Positions 1-12,983 of a stretch of 64,000 nt of DNA are shown here, one piece after another. Numbering within the stretch: the stretch's first letter is position 1; the number at the start of each line of letters is the position of its first letter. The translations under genes and the position numbers were made by a program. Origin of the DNA: Mobula birostris (taxonomy: Eukaryota); the NCBI RefSeq assembly GCF_030028105.1, contig NC_092383.1, positions 87,563,921-87,627,920 of the forward strand. Reading direction: 5' to 3'. The notes below the pieces were generated by a model. The model searched no databases and had not been told where the DNA came from. It worked only from the letters and a program-made list of their open reading frames with translations.

Positions 1-330
1 TGGTGCCCAGGTTTTCCTTTGCAACTCTTCTTCAATAAAGACCCAGCAGCTTTCCAGCATCTCAGCTACGTTAATGATAATGAAAATAACTTATCCATGG
101 CTTCCACAAATTCTTCTCTAGTGTTCTGGGATGTACTTCATCAGGCCCTGTACTTCAGTATCAGATTTATTATCATCAGCATGAGTCGTGAAATTTGTTA
201 ATTTAGCAGCAGCAGTTTAATGCAATACACGAGAAAAAAAATAAAAATTATAATATTAAATAAGTAAATCAATTACAGTAGACGTATAATGAGTAGAATA
301 AAAAATCATTGAAAAACAGAAATAATATAT

Positions 331-1640
331 ATAAATAAAACTGAGGTAAAAGACAGCAATTGGTTGAAAGTTTGAAGGGACCAGCTGTTGACATAGTGAG
401 ATCCGTACAGACACAAAACCCCTTTGCTATCTCTGCGGCTGACATGCAAGTACTAGAAAAGGTGCTTGGTGCAACAGAAAGCCTATTGGAGCTTATGACG
501 GGGTTTCAGAACATGTTTCAGGAGGAAGGGGAGAAGCTTTCTGCCTACGTTTTCTGGCTAGAGAGGCAGCTAAATTGATTGCAGTGTAGAGGGACCATTC
601 AAACAGTTGAGACAAATCAGTTACGAATGGACCAAGTCGCGAAAGGCGCCCATTCACCAGACCTGTTCACTTGGAGTCTCATAAGACATGCCCCCCTCCC
701 TTGTTTGTCAAGCTGATCAGAGAAGTGAAAGAGGAGGAGGGTGCGATGGAGGCACTGGAAGCCTCCTCGGTAGTGGTCTCCTCGGCTGAGGTGATCACTG
801 AGTGAGAACGATGGGAAACCCCTCGGAGATTGAGCCCTCAGGTGCCTAAGTGGAGAGACCCAGTGAGAGAATGGCCTGGCATCTTGGGGGGAACACACTC
901 CAAGTAATATATGAAGGAACACCCTTAAGGAATAAAACCCTATACCTGAAGGCTTAATGGAGCCAAGCTCCAGTGTATCATTACAGATTGAGGATATTTA
1001 TGCTAGAGCCATACTTGACACTGGCTCTCAGGTTACTCTGCTGTACCGTTTATTTTACAGCCGGTATTTGATGCATTTACCATTGACACCACTCAGTGTG
1101 CTGGAGATCTGGGATCTTAGTACGAATGCCTATCCGTGAAATAGTTACTTGTCAATGAAGCTGGAGTTTTTGGAGGCAGATGTGGGAGTAGCTGAGGCCC
1201 TTGATAATTTAGTGCTGGTTTGTCCGGACACAGTCGAGAGGGATGAAGCTTGAATTCTCGTGGGGACGAATACTGCTATTGTGAGGAGGCTTGTGGGAGC
1301 CTGCAAGGAGCAAGTTGGAGAGAGCTTTCTGAAAACATTGTCCATTCACTCTGGGTTCCAAGCTGCTTTTGAGGAAGTGCGAGGCCGCACTGGGCTGAAC
1401 AATGCGCATAAAAGAGGGACGGTGTGGTTCACCCAGTCAAAACCAGTCAGGTTACGGCCTGAGGAAGTAGCGAGAGTGATGGGAAACCCCAAATTTCCAG
1501 GAAAGCCTGAGGCCAAGGCCCTCTTGATGAATGCTTCGGAACATTATCAAGATATCTGGACTTTAACAGCATCAAGTTATTAGATGCATATAACACCACC
1601 AAGGTTGCACCTGTCACTAAAAGACAATCGTACTTGGAAA
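331..1640 (+). mobile_element. Degenerate Ty3/Gypsy LTR-retrotransposon fragment (PNMA-like gag plus aspartic protease region)
   Basis: Broken ORFs 360-578 (LVESLKGPAVDIV...EEGEKLSAYV, PNMA/Ma-like gag), 957-1139 (ARAILDTGSQVTLL, retropepsin DTG motif) and 1260-1583; multiple stops. Boundaries approximate. Confidence 0.8.
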
Positions 1641-3188
1641 ACAAAATCCCAAGAGACAAAGTACAAAATGCCTGTGGTCATTCAGCTCATTACATTTTAT
1701 CATAGCTGATTTATTATCCCTCTCAACCCCATTCCCCTGCCTTCTTCCTGTAACCTTTGATACCCTTAATAACCAAGAGCCTATCAACCTCTGTTTTAAA
1801 TATACCCAATGACTTGGCCTCCAGAGCCACCTACGGCAATGAATTTCACAGATTCGCCACACTCTTGCTTCTGTCCTGAGGCTGTGCTCTCTGGTCCTAG
1901 CCACCCCACTATAGGAAACATCCTCCCCTTGACCACTCTATCTAGGCCGTTCAATATTTGATAAGTTTCAATGAGATCCTCCCTCCCCCCACCATTCTTC
2001 TAAACTCCAGTGAGTATAGGCCCAGAACCAAACACTTCTCATACATTGACCCTTTCATTCCCAGGATTATTGTTGTGTGACTACCTCTGGACCCTTTCCA
2101 ATGCCAGTACATCTGGAAGTCCCTTTTCAATCTCACACTGCCTCAGCAAAACATGTGACTACTCAATTACTGAAACCCACTGGAAAGTCTCAGAAGGCCT
2201 GAAGCCCATTTTTAAATCTCACACTGCCTCAATCAAACAAGCGACCACTACCGTCACTAGTTGCTTGTAGGGTACATTCCAGCTGGACAACATGTGCCTT
2301 CTGCTTCCTCTCTGTGGCTCATTCAGAGTGAAGACAGATTGACAACCTTCCTATAATCCACTGCAATGACACCGGTGTAGTCCATTTCCCACTCCTTCAC
2401 CATATCAGTCACAATTACTTTCCAATTCTGCTGGAGAACTAACATTGGATTCAATCTGCCAACTTGTGATGTACAAGTCCCAAGGAAAAAAGATCAAAAT
2501 TTCACTCAGTAGCCTGAACATGGTACAATGGAAAAAGTACAATGAGTATATTTTAGGGCTTGAAGTATGACGTTAATATATTTTCTACTGAGCAAACCTG
2601 AGCCAGTGGACAGTTTCAAAACTTAAGCCAACCAATTTTACACTTAATTCAAGACAAATTTCCTCCCAATTGTAGACTTTGTGCTACTGGTACATGGGGG
2701 TGCTAGGGGTGGATTGGGGGTGGGCGAGGGTGAGGTGGAACACTCATTCAAACTTTAAACTTCATACCCTTTCATCCTCACTTCAAGATTCACCAAAATA
2801 TCATTGCTTCAGTTGTTATTAGCCAATCCTGCCAACATTATAACTCTTATCAACATTGCCATTATTCAATGAAAATTAATTCAAATTTTTCTGATATGTA
2901 CTGAAGGAATTTCAGAATGTGAGGTTCCAAGGGCTGATTGTTTTATTGTCAAGCTTCCTGCTTCCTCTCGACAATTTTAATCTTTTATTCTTCAGCTCAA
3001 AATTCATCATAAACCCTCTTGCTTGTGTTACCCACTCCTAAAATCATTTTAACTCTCTTTTTGCTGTGATATGCATCAGTTGATGAAAAGTGTCTTAATA
3101 CTTGCTGTGTAATATATTTGAGAGGAATTCATATTCTTGGGTTTCACACTTCATCACCTTGGTTCAATGATCAGACTTCCTCCTTTCT

Positions 3189-3200
3189 ACTTCCTCATTT
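3189..3200 (-). promoter_or_regulatory. Candidate PU.1/ETS site upstream of leader exon A
   Basis: acttcctcattt (minus strand AAATGAGGAAGT), ending 67 bp upstream of the ATG at 3267; the core cttcctcattt recurs at 14731-14741 and 18177-18187 before the other leaders. Confidence 0.4.
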
Positions 3201-3266
3201 TTTTTTTGCCCCAAAGGCTATGAGACAAGAAAAGGGTAGGTGTTGGTCTGCACCCTAAACAGAATA

Positions 3267-3303
3267 ATGTGGATTCTGAATTTTCTCATCTGTTCCCTGC
3301 CTC
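3267..3303 (+). CDS. Leader (signal peptide) exon of gene A, MWILNFLICSLP+C
   Basis: ATG at 3267, donor gtaagt at 3304, phase 1; paralogous to [12 protein letters not shown] at 18286. Confidence 0.8.
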
Positions 3304-4589
3304 GTAAGTGACAGACAGAGCTGGACACTTGATAATCTGTGTTAGTTTTGGTCTCATACACTGTTTCCACAGCAGAAATGGTGAACTTGTAAAGCTGCAA
3401 ATGCTCAGCAACTGAGGACTGATCTTGAAATTGCACACTACCTGTACCGTTAGTGCGGGGGTTTGGGATGCACATTGCCAGCATTAATCACCAAGGCTGT
3501 GGACTGCTTTTGGGGGACTTTGAAGTTTATGTTGCATGTGTTCGTGGTTTCTGGTTACTTTTATTTTTGCTGTTTTTGAGAGGTTCGGTCAGTGCAATCG
3601 ATGCAGACTGGGGCCCTGAACTAAACTGAATACTGTTTGATATTCTATATGTTGTTTGCTTGCTTTTTGCCATTTGCATGATTTGTTCTATTTTTTTGCG
3701 CATTGGGTGTTTGATGTTTTCTTGAACGTGTTCCATGGCATTCCTTTGTTTTGTGGCTGCCTCTGGGAGGACAAATCTCAGAGTCGTATTCTGAATACAT
3801 ACTTTGATAACAATATACTTCGAATTTTTGGTACAATGCATGCCTTTTACCAATATGGTTGAAACCCCATTACTAATTGTAAATCAAAATTAGAACAGTT
3901 TTTAATTAAACATCTGGATAAATGATGAAGACAAATTGCAAAGGACATCATTTTGCTTTGTAAAAAGTAGTATATCTAATGCTGTCCAAAATACTCCTAA
4001 GGAAACAGTGGAATTAATCTCTTAAATATATTTTCCCTCTGGTTCACAATTGTTGTTCTTTAAAATACAGTTGAAGAAACGTTTTATTACTCTCTTTTTA
4101 GGATTCTCTTCATGAGCTGGACAAATTAGATTACTCTTGTAGTAAGGAACTGTTACTTTTTTATTCATTACTGCGAACCATGTAGATTTATTTGACCATT
4201 GTAGACTATAAGGGGTGCATAAAGACAGGAAAAAGGAAATAAAAAATAATTTAGTACATGGTAGTGTACATGGGTTTATCATACATTCAGAAATCTGATA
4301 GAGGTGGGGAAGAAGCAGCTCCTAAAACATGGAGTGTGTGTCTTCAGTCTCCTGTACATCCTCCTCACTGAGTAGAGGTCATGTCCTGGGTCATGGGGGT
4401 CCTTAATGATGGATGCCACCTTTTTGAAGATTTCTCGATGCAGGGGAGGCTAGTGCCCCACAGTGGAGCCGGCTGACTGAGTCTGCAACTTTCTGCAGCT
4501 TCTTCTAGTCCTGTGCAGTGGCCCCTCTGTGATGCAACTAGTTAGAACGCTCTCCATGGTACATGTACTTATCTGGTTGCTGATGTGCC

Positions 4590-4885
4590 TGCCTCAAACA
4601 CTATTTCTGGCATCCCATTCCAGATACACACCACCCTCTGTGTGTAGAATCTGCCTCAGACTTCACTTTTAAATCTCTCACTTCTGATTGCAACCCATGT
4701 CCTCTTGCTTTTAGCACTTACTCCCTGGAAAGAGGACTATGTGCTTTAACCCTAATGATGCAGTTCATGATACTAAACACCTCTATCAGGTGTACCTTAA
4801 TTTCCTACAAACTATGGAATAAAGTCTTATTCTGCACAACCTCTCTTTGTATCTCAGACCTCCACATCCGGGCAGCTTCCTGGTA
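4590..4885 (-). mobile_element. CR1-type LINE 3' fragment
   Basis: Reverse strand resembles the CR1 ORF2 C-terminal 'RMLPGLEGLSYKERL.RLGLYSL' region; degenerate; boundaries approximate. Confidence 0.6.
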
Positions 4886-5179
4886 TGGTGCTGAAGTTTT
4901 CCAGGACTGTCTGCAACTTGTTCCTGTCCCACAGTCATACCACTGGATACCACAGGAGAAAGGCTTCCTGTTGCTGAGAGAGAGAGATTGTATTGCTAAC
5001 TTTCACACTGACACATCCTCAGTGTCATCGCTGCTGTCCTGATCGGGAGTTCTGTTGTGTTCTGGGATAACGGCACACACAGCAGTTCAGGCAGCTGCCA
5101 AGTAACCAGCATAATTAAAGATTCTGGTCACCCTAACATTCCCTCTTCTCTCCTTTGGCCTCACAATCTACTTCATTAT

Positions 5180-5445
5180 GACCTCGGTGCTTAGCATGAC
5201 GCTATTACAGCTCAGAGTGTTCCCGAGTTCACAGTTCAATTCTGGCGCCATCTGTATGTCCTCCCCGTAGAATGCATGGGTTTTCCCCGGGTGCCCTGTT
5301 TTCCTCCCACTGTCCAAAGACACACCGGGCAGGTTAGTTTCTGATTGTAAATTTTCCCATGATTCGGGTTATTGGGTTTGTCAGGGGCAGCTTGGCTCAA
5401 AGGGCTAGAAGGTCATACTCCACGCTGAATTGCTAAATAAATAAA
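5180..5445 (+). mobile_element. V-SINE-like tRNA-derived SINE
   Basis: Central V-domain-like sequence gggttttccccgggtgccctgttttcctcccactgtccaaagac; related copies near 15720-15960 (-), 19385-19660 (-), 30110-30365 (+) and 35190-35430 (-). Confidence 0.6.
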
Positions 5446-6049
5446 TAGCTAGATAGACTAGAATTGTCTACCTACAGTGCCCTTTCTCTGTAACTCTAAC
5501 ACTTCATTCTGACTTCTCTTGCATGACCTCAGTGCACAGTTGTAACAAATTGATCTGTATGAACAATATACAAGACAACTTTTGATAAATCAATTCACCA
5601 ATCTACAAGAGGAAGACGATCTTTAAACATCCCCAGTAAACGAGATGTGCTGTAGATCCTGGGATTAATAGAGTAAGGTGCATGGGGAGAAAGCAGAAAC
5701 CGGGGACTGAACTTGAAGGATTGACCACGATCCTATTGAATGATGAAGCAGGCTTAAAGAACCAAATTCCCTACCCCTGTCCCTATTTTTCTTATGTGCT
5801 TCTATCCCACTTTAAACAACGTCACTATTTTCTTCTTTTCATATGCCTACTGTTCTTATCTTTGATTATTGTTTTATTTTGCAACTTAAAAACATTAAAC
5901 GAATTCAAAGAAAGACATGGATGTCCAATACTGCAGGTGTAACTTCGAGTTTATCTTTAAGTAGGATTTTATGTCTTACTAGGACCAGCCTTCATTATCC
6001 TAAACAAAGAATACCAACATGTCTTTGACCAGTTCTGATGGTGATCCCA

Positions 6050-6740
6050 TTTCAAAGTCAAACTCAAAAATAAAATTTATCAGAGTACGTACATTGCGAT
6101 ATACTGCCTAGATATTTATTTTCTTGCAGACTTTTATGGGAAAATAAAGAAATACAATAGAATTTATGAAAAACATATATAAACAAAGACAAATAACCAA
6201 TGTGCAAAAGAAGACAAACTTTGCAAATAAATAAATAAAGCTGAGAACATCAGTTGTAAAGAGTCATTGAAACTGAGTCTGTAGGTTGGAAAATCAGTTC
6301 AGAGTTGTGGTGAGTGTAGTTATCCAGTCTAATTCTGGAGCCTGGTCGCTGTAGGGTAATAACTTGTTCCTGAACTTGGTGGCATGGAACTTAAGACTTC
6401 TGTACCTCCTGTCCATTTGCAGTAGTGAGAAAAGATTGTGGCCTGGATGGTGGGGGTCCTTGATGTGGATAGTGCCTTCTTGTGGCAGCGCCCCCATGTA
6501 ACTGTGCTCAATGGTGGGGAAAGCTTTGCCTGAGATGGACTGGGCTGCATTCACCACTTTCTGCAAACTTTTCTGCTCAAAGGCACTAGTGTTTCATTAC
6601 CGGGCCAAGATGCAATGATTAAGGATACTTTCCACTGTGTACCTATAGAAGTTTGTCAATGTTTTTGGTGACATGCTGATTCTACACAAATTTCTAAGAA
6701 AGTAGAGGCACTGTAGTGCCTTCTTTGTGATGGTACCAGG
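6050..6740 (-). mobile_element. Rex1/Babar-type non-LTR retrotransposon 3' fragment
   Basis: ORF 6294-6566(-) LQKVVNAAQSISGKAFPTIEH...IKDPHHPGHNLFSLL; the same C-terminal motif occurs at 11941-12201, 29553-29783 and 34043-34264. Confidence 0.7.
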
Positions 6741-7154
6741 ACAGATTTAATTTTAATTAAAATGGAAAATGGCTGATATGATGAATTATATTGTCCATAT
6801 ACTGTATGTGACCAAATGGCATTTCCTGCCTCTGAACTGTATGAAATATCACTGTGTCAGAGGTATGCATTCAGACTTAAACAAATAACCAACAGTAACT
6901 GTTCAGTGTTGCTCATGGTCCAAATAACTCAAAAACCATAAAACACACTATGTTCTGTCCTCCTAGAGCAGGCAGCCAGTTACACTGATGAAACATCACC
7001 ACTTCATGAACCCAATGGCTCTTTACCTGAGGGCAAAGGTTTCATCTGACAATCATGCTTTCTTGCCTGATTGCAAGTGAAAATAACGTGGAACTCAACT
7101 TTCTTTTTCTCAAAAGAACCTGAATATTATTATGTTTCTTTTTTGATCTAACAG

Positions 7155-7224
7155 ATGCAACAACCGTGCAATCTATAACTTCAGAAACGAGATGTAATCA
7201 CTTTGAAAACCGGCATATTACAAG
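7155..7224 (+). CDS. Stalk exon of gene A, (H/D)ATTVQSITSETRCNHFENRHIT(S)
   Basis: Acceptor ctaacag, donor gtatat; 70 bp, phase 1 to 2, same length and phase as the stalk exon at 32025-32094. Confidence 0.7.
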
Positions 7225-8779
7225 GTATATCTTTCTCATTACTGTTCTTGTCAATCCGTTTTCATGAAATGCTTGACAAATTTGCTAATATGCTTTAAGA
7301 ATGTATCAAGCAGTCAATAGAGCGAACACGTTGATGTAGAATATTTGGATTTTCAGAAGGCATTACAAAGGTGCTATTTAAATGGATGGTGGACAAGATA
7401 TATGTAACCGGGTTAGAAGTGTACTTAGGCATCCATCCGGGTAATGCTAGAATAGTTGTCTGTGCCTTTAAGGGAGATGGTGATATCATTACACACTTGC
7501 AGGATAATGGGGAGACCATTTTGTTTTCTGCTGAAGATGCTGTTGGGGCATTGGAATTGAGTTCCTCCCGAGACTGGGCACGATGAGGAAAAATTTCCAC
7601 GACTGAAGAAATCAACGCTGGGTAGCGTGGCTTATATAAAGTTCCTCACCATCCAAGTAGGATTGCCACTACAGTATTAGTACCATATTAGTTCCGATAT
7701 TTTTTATACTGCATATGGAATTCTGTCCATTCACAAGGGTGTGGATCGAAAGTTAAACTGTGATTGTAACGGCAAGAACTGGTTGTAAATTCATTCGTTT
7801 TGTTTTGCGACCCTCTTCTGGCACTTAAACATCTAAAACAGATAAAGGAATTAAAACCTGAAAAAGTATTTGTTGGCTTGAGAGTGTTCTTTTCCCCAGG
7901 CTACATATATATTTATTCTGCTTGAGGGAATGAAAATGTTTATTGCATAGACGACAGAGAGCTGGAATAAAGAGGTCTTTTTTCAGGTTATCAGGATGTA
8001 ACAAGTGGTGTGTTCCAAAGGTCAGATCTTAGTCCTCAATTAAGGAAGGAGAGGTCAGAATTTAAAGTTCCAAGGTTCAGATGTCATGAAGATAAGCAGG
8101 AGGGCCTGTTGGAACGAGGATATTAGAAGTCTTTAATTAGATCTAATGAGTTATGTAAGTAAAAAAATCAGATTTAATATTATAAGTTGTGAAATTTGTT
8201 GTTTTGCAGCTGTAGTATAGTGTAATATCTAATTAAAAACTATAAATTACAAAAAGGAGTATATTAAAATAAATCAAATCAGTGATAAAATAAAATAGTG
8301 AGGTAGTTTGTTATCCAGTCAGAAACCCAATGGTTAAGGGGAAAAATCTGTTCCTAAAATGTTGAGTGTGTGTCGTGGGACTCTTATACCTCCTCCCTAA
8401 TGGTAGCAATGAGAAGTGGGCATATCCTGGATGGTGACGGTCCTTAACGAGAGATGTTGCCTTTTTGAGGCATTACCTTTTAAAGATGTTCTCAATGTTG
8501 GGGAGGCCGGAGCCTGTGATGCAGCTGGCTAGGTTTGCAATCTTTGGCAGGTTTTTCCAATCCTGTGTAGTGGCCCCTCCGTACCAGTGGTGATGCAACC
8601 AGTCAGAATGCTCTCCACTGTACGTCTATAGAAATTTGCATATGGGTGGAAAGTTGGCAAGTGGAGTTTAACTAGGAATGTGAGTTCATGGAGGTTATGT
8701 AAGGAGTTATGTCTGTATGTAAGGAGAAAGTAGCTAATCTCAAGGAATTGATTACTATGGGGATCCAGCAGGGACAAGG

Positions 8780-11700
8780 TTTGAACATAGAACATAGAAT
8801 AGTACAGCACAGTACAGGCCCTTCAGCCCACAATGTTGTGCTGACCCTTAAACCCTGCCTCCCATATAACCCCCACCTTAAATTCCTCCGTATATCTGTC
8901 AAGTCACCTCTCAAGTATCACTAGTGTATCTGCCTCCACCACTGACTCAGGCAGTGCATTCCACGCACCAACCACTCTCCCAGTAAAAAACCTTCCTCTA
9001 ATATCCCCTTGAACTTCCCACCCCTTACCTTAAAGCCATGTCCTCTTGTATTGAGCAGTGGTACCCTGGGGAAGAAGCACTGGCTGTCCACTCTATCTAT
9101 TCCTCTTAATATCTTGTATACCTCTATCATGTCTCCTCTCATCCTCCTTCTCTCCAAAGAGTAAAGCCCTAACTCCCTTAATCTCTGATTATACTGCATA
9201 CTTTCTAAACCAGGCAGCATCCTGGTACATCTCCTCTGTACCCTTTCCAATGCTTCCACATCCTTCCTATAGTGAGGCGACTACAACTGGACACAGTACT
9301 CCAAGTGTAGCCTAACCAGAGTTTTATAGAGCTGCATCATTACCTCGCGACCCTTAAACTCTATCCCTTGACTTATGAAAGCTAACACCCCATAAACTTT
9401 CATAACTACCCTATCGACCTGTGAGGCAACTTTCAGGGATCTGTGGACATGTACCCCCAGATCTCTCTGCTCCTCCACACTACCAAGTATCCTGCCATTT
9501 ACTTTGTGCTCTGCCTTGGAGTTTGTCCTTCCAAAGTGTACCACCTCACACTTTTCGGGGTTGAATTCCATCTGCCACTTCTCAGCCCACTTCTGCATCC
9601 TATCAATGTCTCTCTGCAATCTTCGACAATCACCAACCTTTGTGTTGTCTGCAAACTTGCTAACCCCCCCTTCTACCCCACATCCAGGTCGTTAATAAAA
9701 ATCACAAAAAGTAAAGGTTCCAGAACAGATCCTTGTGGGAGACCACTAGTCACAACCCTCCAATCCGAATGTACTCCCTTCACCATGACCCTCTGCTTTC
9801 TGCAGGCAAGCCAATTCTGAATCCACCTGGCTAAACTTCCCTGGATCCCATGCCTTCTGACTTTCTGAATAAACCTACCATGTGGAACCTGTCAAATGCC
9901 TTACTAAGATCACATCCGCTGCACTACCCTCTTCTATATGCCTGGTCACCTCCTCAAAGAACTCTATCAGGCTTGTTAAACATGATCTACCCTTCACAAA
10001 TCCATGCTGACTGTCCCTGATCAGACCATGATTCTCTAAATGCCCATAGATCCTATCTCTAAGAATCTTTTCCAACAGCTTTCCCACCACAGACGTGAGG
10101 CTCACCGGTCTAGAATTACCCGGACTATCCCTACTACCTTTTCTGAACAAGGGGACAACATTCGCTTCCCTCCAGTCCTCCAGTACCATTCCCGTGGACA
10201 ACGAGGACATAAAGATCCTAGCCAGAGGCTCAACAATCTCTTCCCTTGTCTCGTGGAGTAGGCTGGGGAATATTCCATCAGGCCCCGGCAACTCATCCGT
10301 CCTAATGTATTTTAACAACTCCAACACCTCCTCTCCCTTAATATCAACATGCTCCAGAACATCAACCTCAATCATACTGTCCTCACCGTCATCAAGTTCC
10401 CTCTCATTGGTGAATACTGAAGAGAAGTATTCATTGAGGACCTTGCTCACTTCCACAGCCTCCAGGAACATCTTCCCACCTTTATCTCCAATCGGTCCTA
10501 CCTTCACTCCTGTCATCCTTTTGTTCTTCACATAATTGAAGAATGCCTTGGGATTTTCCTTTACCCTTCTCGCCAAGGCCTTCTCATGCCCCCTTCTTGC
10601 TCTTCTCAGCCCCTTCTTAAGCTCCTTTCTTGCTTCCTTATATTCCCCAATAGACCCGTCCGATCCTTGCTTCCTAAACCTCATGTATGCTGCCTTCTTC
10701 CACCTGACTAGATTTTCCACCTCACTTGTCACCCATGGTTCCTTCACCCTACCATTCTTTATCTTCCTCATCGGGACAAATTTATCCCTAACATCCTGCA
10801 AGAGATCCTTAAACATCGACCACATGTCCATAGTACATTTCCCTGTAAAAACATCATCCCAATTCACACCCGCAAGTTCTAGCCTTATAGCCTCATAATT
10901 TGCCTTTCCCCAATTAAAAATTTTCCTGTCATTTCTGATTCTATCCTTTTCCATGATAATGCTAAAGGCCAGGGAGCGGTGGTCACTGTCCCCCAGATGC
11001 TCACCCACTGAGAGATCTGTGACTTGACCCGGTTCATTACCTAGTACGAGATCTAGTATGGCATTCCCCCTGTTCGGTCTGTCCCATACTGTGACAGGAA
11101 TCCATCCTGGACACACTTAACAAACTCTGCCCCATCTAAACCATTGGAACAAATCAGGTGCCAATCAATATTAGGGAAGTTAAAGTCACCCATGATAACA
11201 ACCCTGTTATTTTTGCACCTTTCCAAAATCTACCTCCCAATCTGCTCCTCGGTATCTCTGCTGCTACCAGGGGGCCTATAGAATACCCCCAGTAGAGTAA
11301 CTGCTCCCTTCCTGTTCCTGACTTCCACCCATACTGACTCAAAAGAAGATCCTGCTACATTACCCATCCTTTCTGTAGCTGTAATTGTATCCCTGATCTG
11401 TAATGCCACCCCTTCTCCCCTTTCCCCCCTCTCTATCCCATTTAAAGTACTGAAATCCAGGAATATTGGGAATCCATTCCTGCCCTGGTGCCAACCAAGT
11501 CTCTGTAATGGCCACTGCATCATAATTCCATGTATGTATCAAAGTTCTCAGTTCATCACCTTTTTTCCTGATGCTTCTTGCATTGAAGTGCACGCACTTT
11601 AGTCCTTCTACCTTACTGTCTTTACACCATTTATTCTGCTTCTCTTTCCTCAAAGCCTCTTTTAATATTAGATCTGGCTTTACTCCATGCACTATACTTG
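8780..11700 (-). mobile_element. CR1-type LINE, about 2.9 kb of ORF2 (endonuclease through RT to C-terminus), frameshifted
   Basis: Minus ORFs 11360-11692 (LKCVHFNARSIR...AITETWL, APE endonuclease), 11230-11523, 9875-11116 (PGPDGI...SQHGFVKGRSCLT), 9281-9619 and 8921-9259; short repeated tail (gaacata) near 8783. Confidence 0.92.
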
Positions 11701-11715
11701 CAGTTCTCGCATGAT

Positions 11716-12130
11716 CTTTATACTTTATACTTTATAGTCGCCAAACAATTGATACTAGAACGTACAATCATCATAGCGATATTTGATTCTGCGCTTCCCA
11801 GTTCTTGGATTACAAATCGATAGTAAATACTAAAAATTTTAATTATAAATCATAAATAGAAAATAGAAAAGGGAAAGTAAGGTAGTGCAAAAAAACCGAG
11901 AGGCAGGTCCAGATATTTGGAGGGTACGCCCAGATCCGGGTCAGGATCTGTCCAGCAGTCTTATCACAGTTGGAAAGAAGCTGTTCCCAAATCTGGCCAT
12001 GTGAGTCTTCAAGCTCCTGAGCCTTCTCCCGGAGGGAAGAGGGACGAAAAGTGTGTTGGCTGGGTGGGTCATGCCCTTGATTACCCTGGCAGCACTGCTC
12101 CGACAGCCTGCAGTGTAAACTGAGTGTAAA
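11716..12130 (-). mobile_element. Rex1/Babar-type LINE 3' fragment with short-repeat tail
   Basis: ORF 11941-12201(-) ...HPANTLFVPLPSGRRLRSLKTHMARFGNSFFPTVIRLL; (ctttata)n tail near 11717. Confidence 0.7.
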
Positions 12131-12877
12131 GTATCCTCCTCCACCTCACTATCTGCTCTAACTCTCTGGTTTCCCTCCCCCTGCAAATCTCGTTTAAACA
12201 CCCCGGAGCAGCACTAGCAAACCTTCCCACAAGGATAACCCTGATCATGCTCTATAGAAGGCAATTTTGAGGGACTGAGTAGTCTCCTTCTGATCCTATA
12301 TCCACTCTGTCAAATCACTTCATTATATAGAATTCTCATTTGTGGCCACCACTCAGGAGAAAGGAGACCCAGTCTGTTCATGGTTTCCTGATACTATACA
12401 CACTTATGGTTCATCTTTCCTCTTAGTTCTCTATGCTCCTTGCTCATGTTGTATTCCAAATAGCTACGCACAGCCAAAATTTGGCTTTCCATTTTACTTA
12501 TTTCCTACTCCATTCTTGCTTTAAAATGCAATGGAACATTTTCACAAATGTGACTTATTATTCTTCTACCTTTGCTCTTCACACATGCCCTGGTGGATTG
12601 ATCCAATTTTGCAAATTCTCCCTTGTTACCTCTTGTGCCATGACTGAGTCTTTTTTTTTCCCTATTGTTGAATTAATTTCCTCTTTCTCGAAAGTGTACC
12701 AGTTGCCCTCCTTCCCTCAGTCCAACACTAATTCACCCTGCCTGACGAACTCCTTTGGCTCTGCTGCTTTACCTTGTGCCACCCCACTAAGAAAACAGAG
12801 GAATGAAGAAGTAAATGTTTCAAACACAAAGCTGTCTCATTTCCTCCCACTGAAGTCTCTTCCACTTATTTAGTCAG

Positions 12878-12983
12878 TTATCTGATATGGAGTGTGGGGC
12901 GTTGGCTGCTCTTTGCTCTGCTGGAGTACAGTATCTCAATCAAATGGTTCACAAAAAAAACTAAGATAGGTTTGTGCAGATAA
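12878..12983 (+). CDS. TM exon of gene [30 protein letters not shown], reading through a dead donor into IGLCR*
   Basis: First 15 codons match the TM exon at 35077; net 3-bp shorter; GT donor replaced by AT at 12966; TAA at 12981-12983. Confidence 0.7.

Larger units (their letters stand above)
3267..12983 (+). pseudogene. V-less CD300/pIgR-like gene A (leader 3267-3303, stalk 7155-7224, TM 12878-12983); no Ig V exon found
   Basis: Three exons paralogous to the intact gene in the array with the same lengths and phases (37-bp leader, 70-bp stalk). TM donor is mutated (AAG|ataggt) and no V exon is visible between 3304 and 7154. Confidence 0.7.

Noticed and set aside
4857-5100. ORF 4755-5042 as the missing V or a TM exon of gene A
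   Set aside because: No Ig Cys/Trp pattern; the left part is an antisense CR1 fragment and the hydrophobic frame is closed by stops.
7404-7830. Possible solo LTR and ORFs 7295-7615 and 7371-7586
   Set aside because: It starts TGTAA and ends near a CA, but I found no convincing TSD or protein motif, so it is left unclassified.
12342-12524. Conserved 60-aa [17 protein letters not shown] (also 34540-34722 and 54583-54765)
   Set aside because: It is the antisense of a degraded CR1 ORF2 fragment and is shared only because the regions are paralogous.
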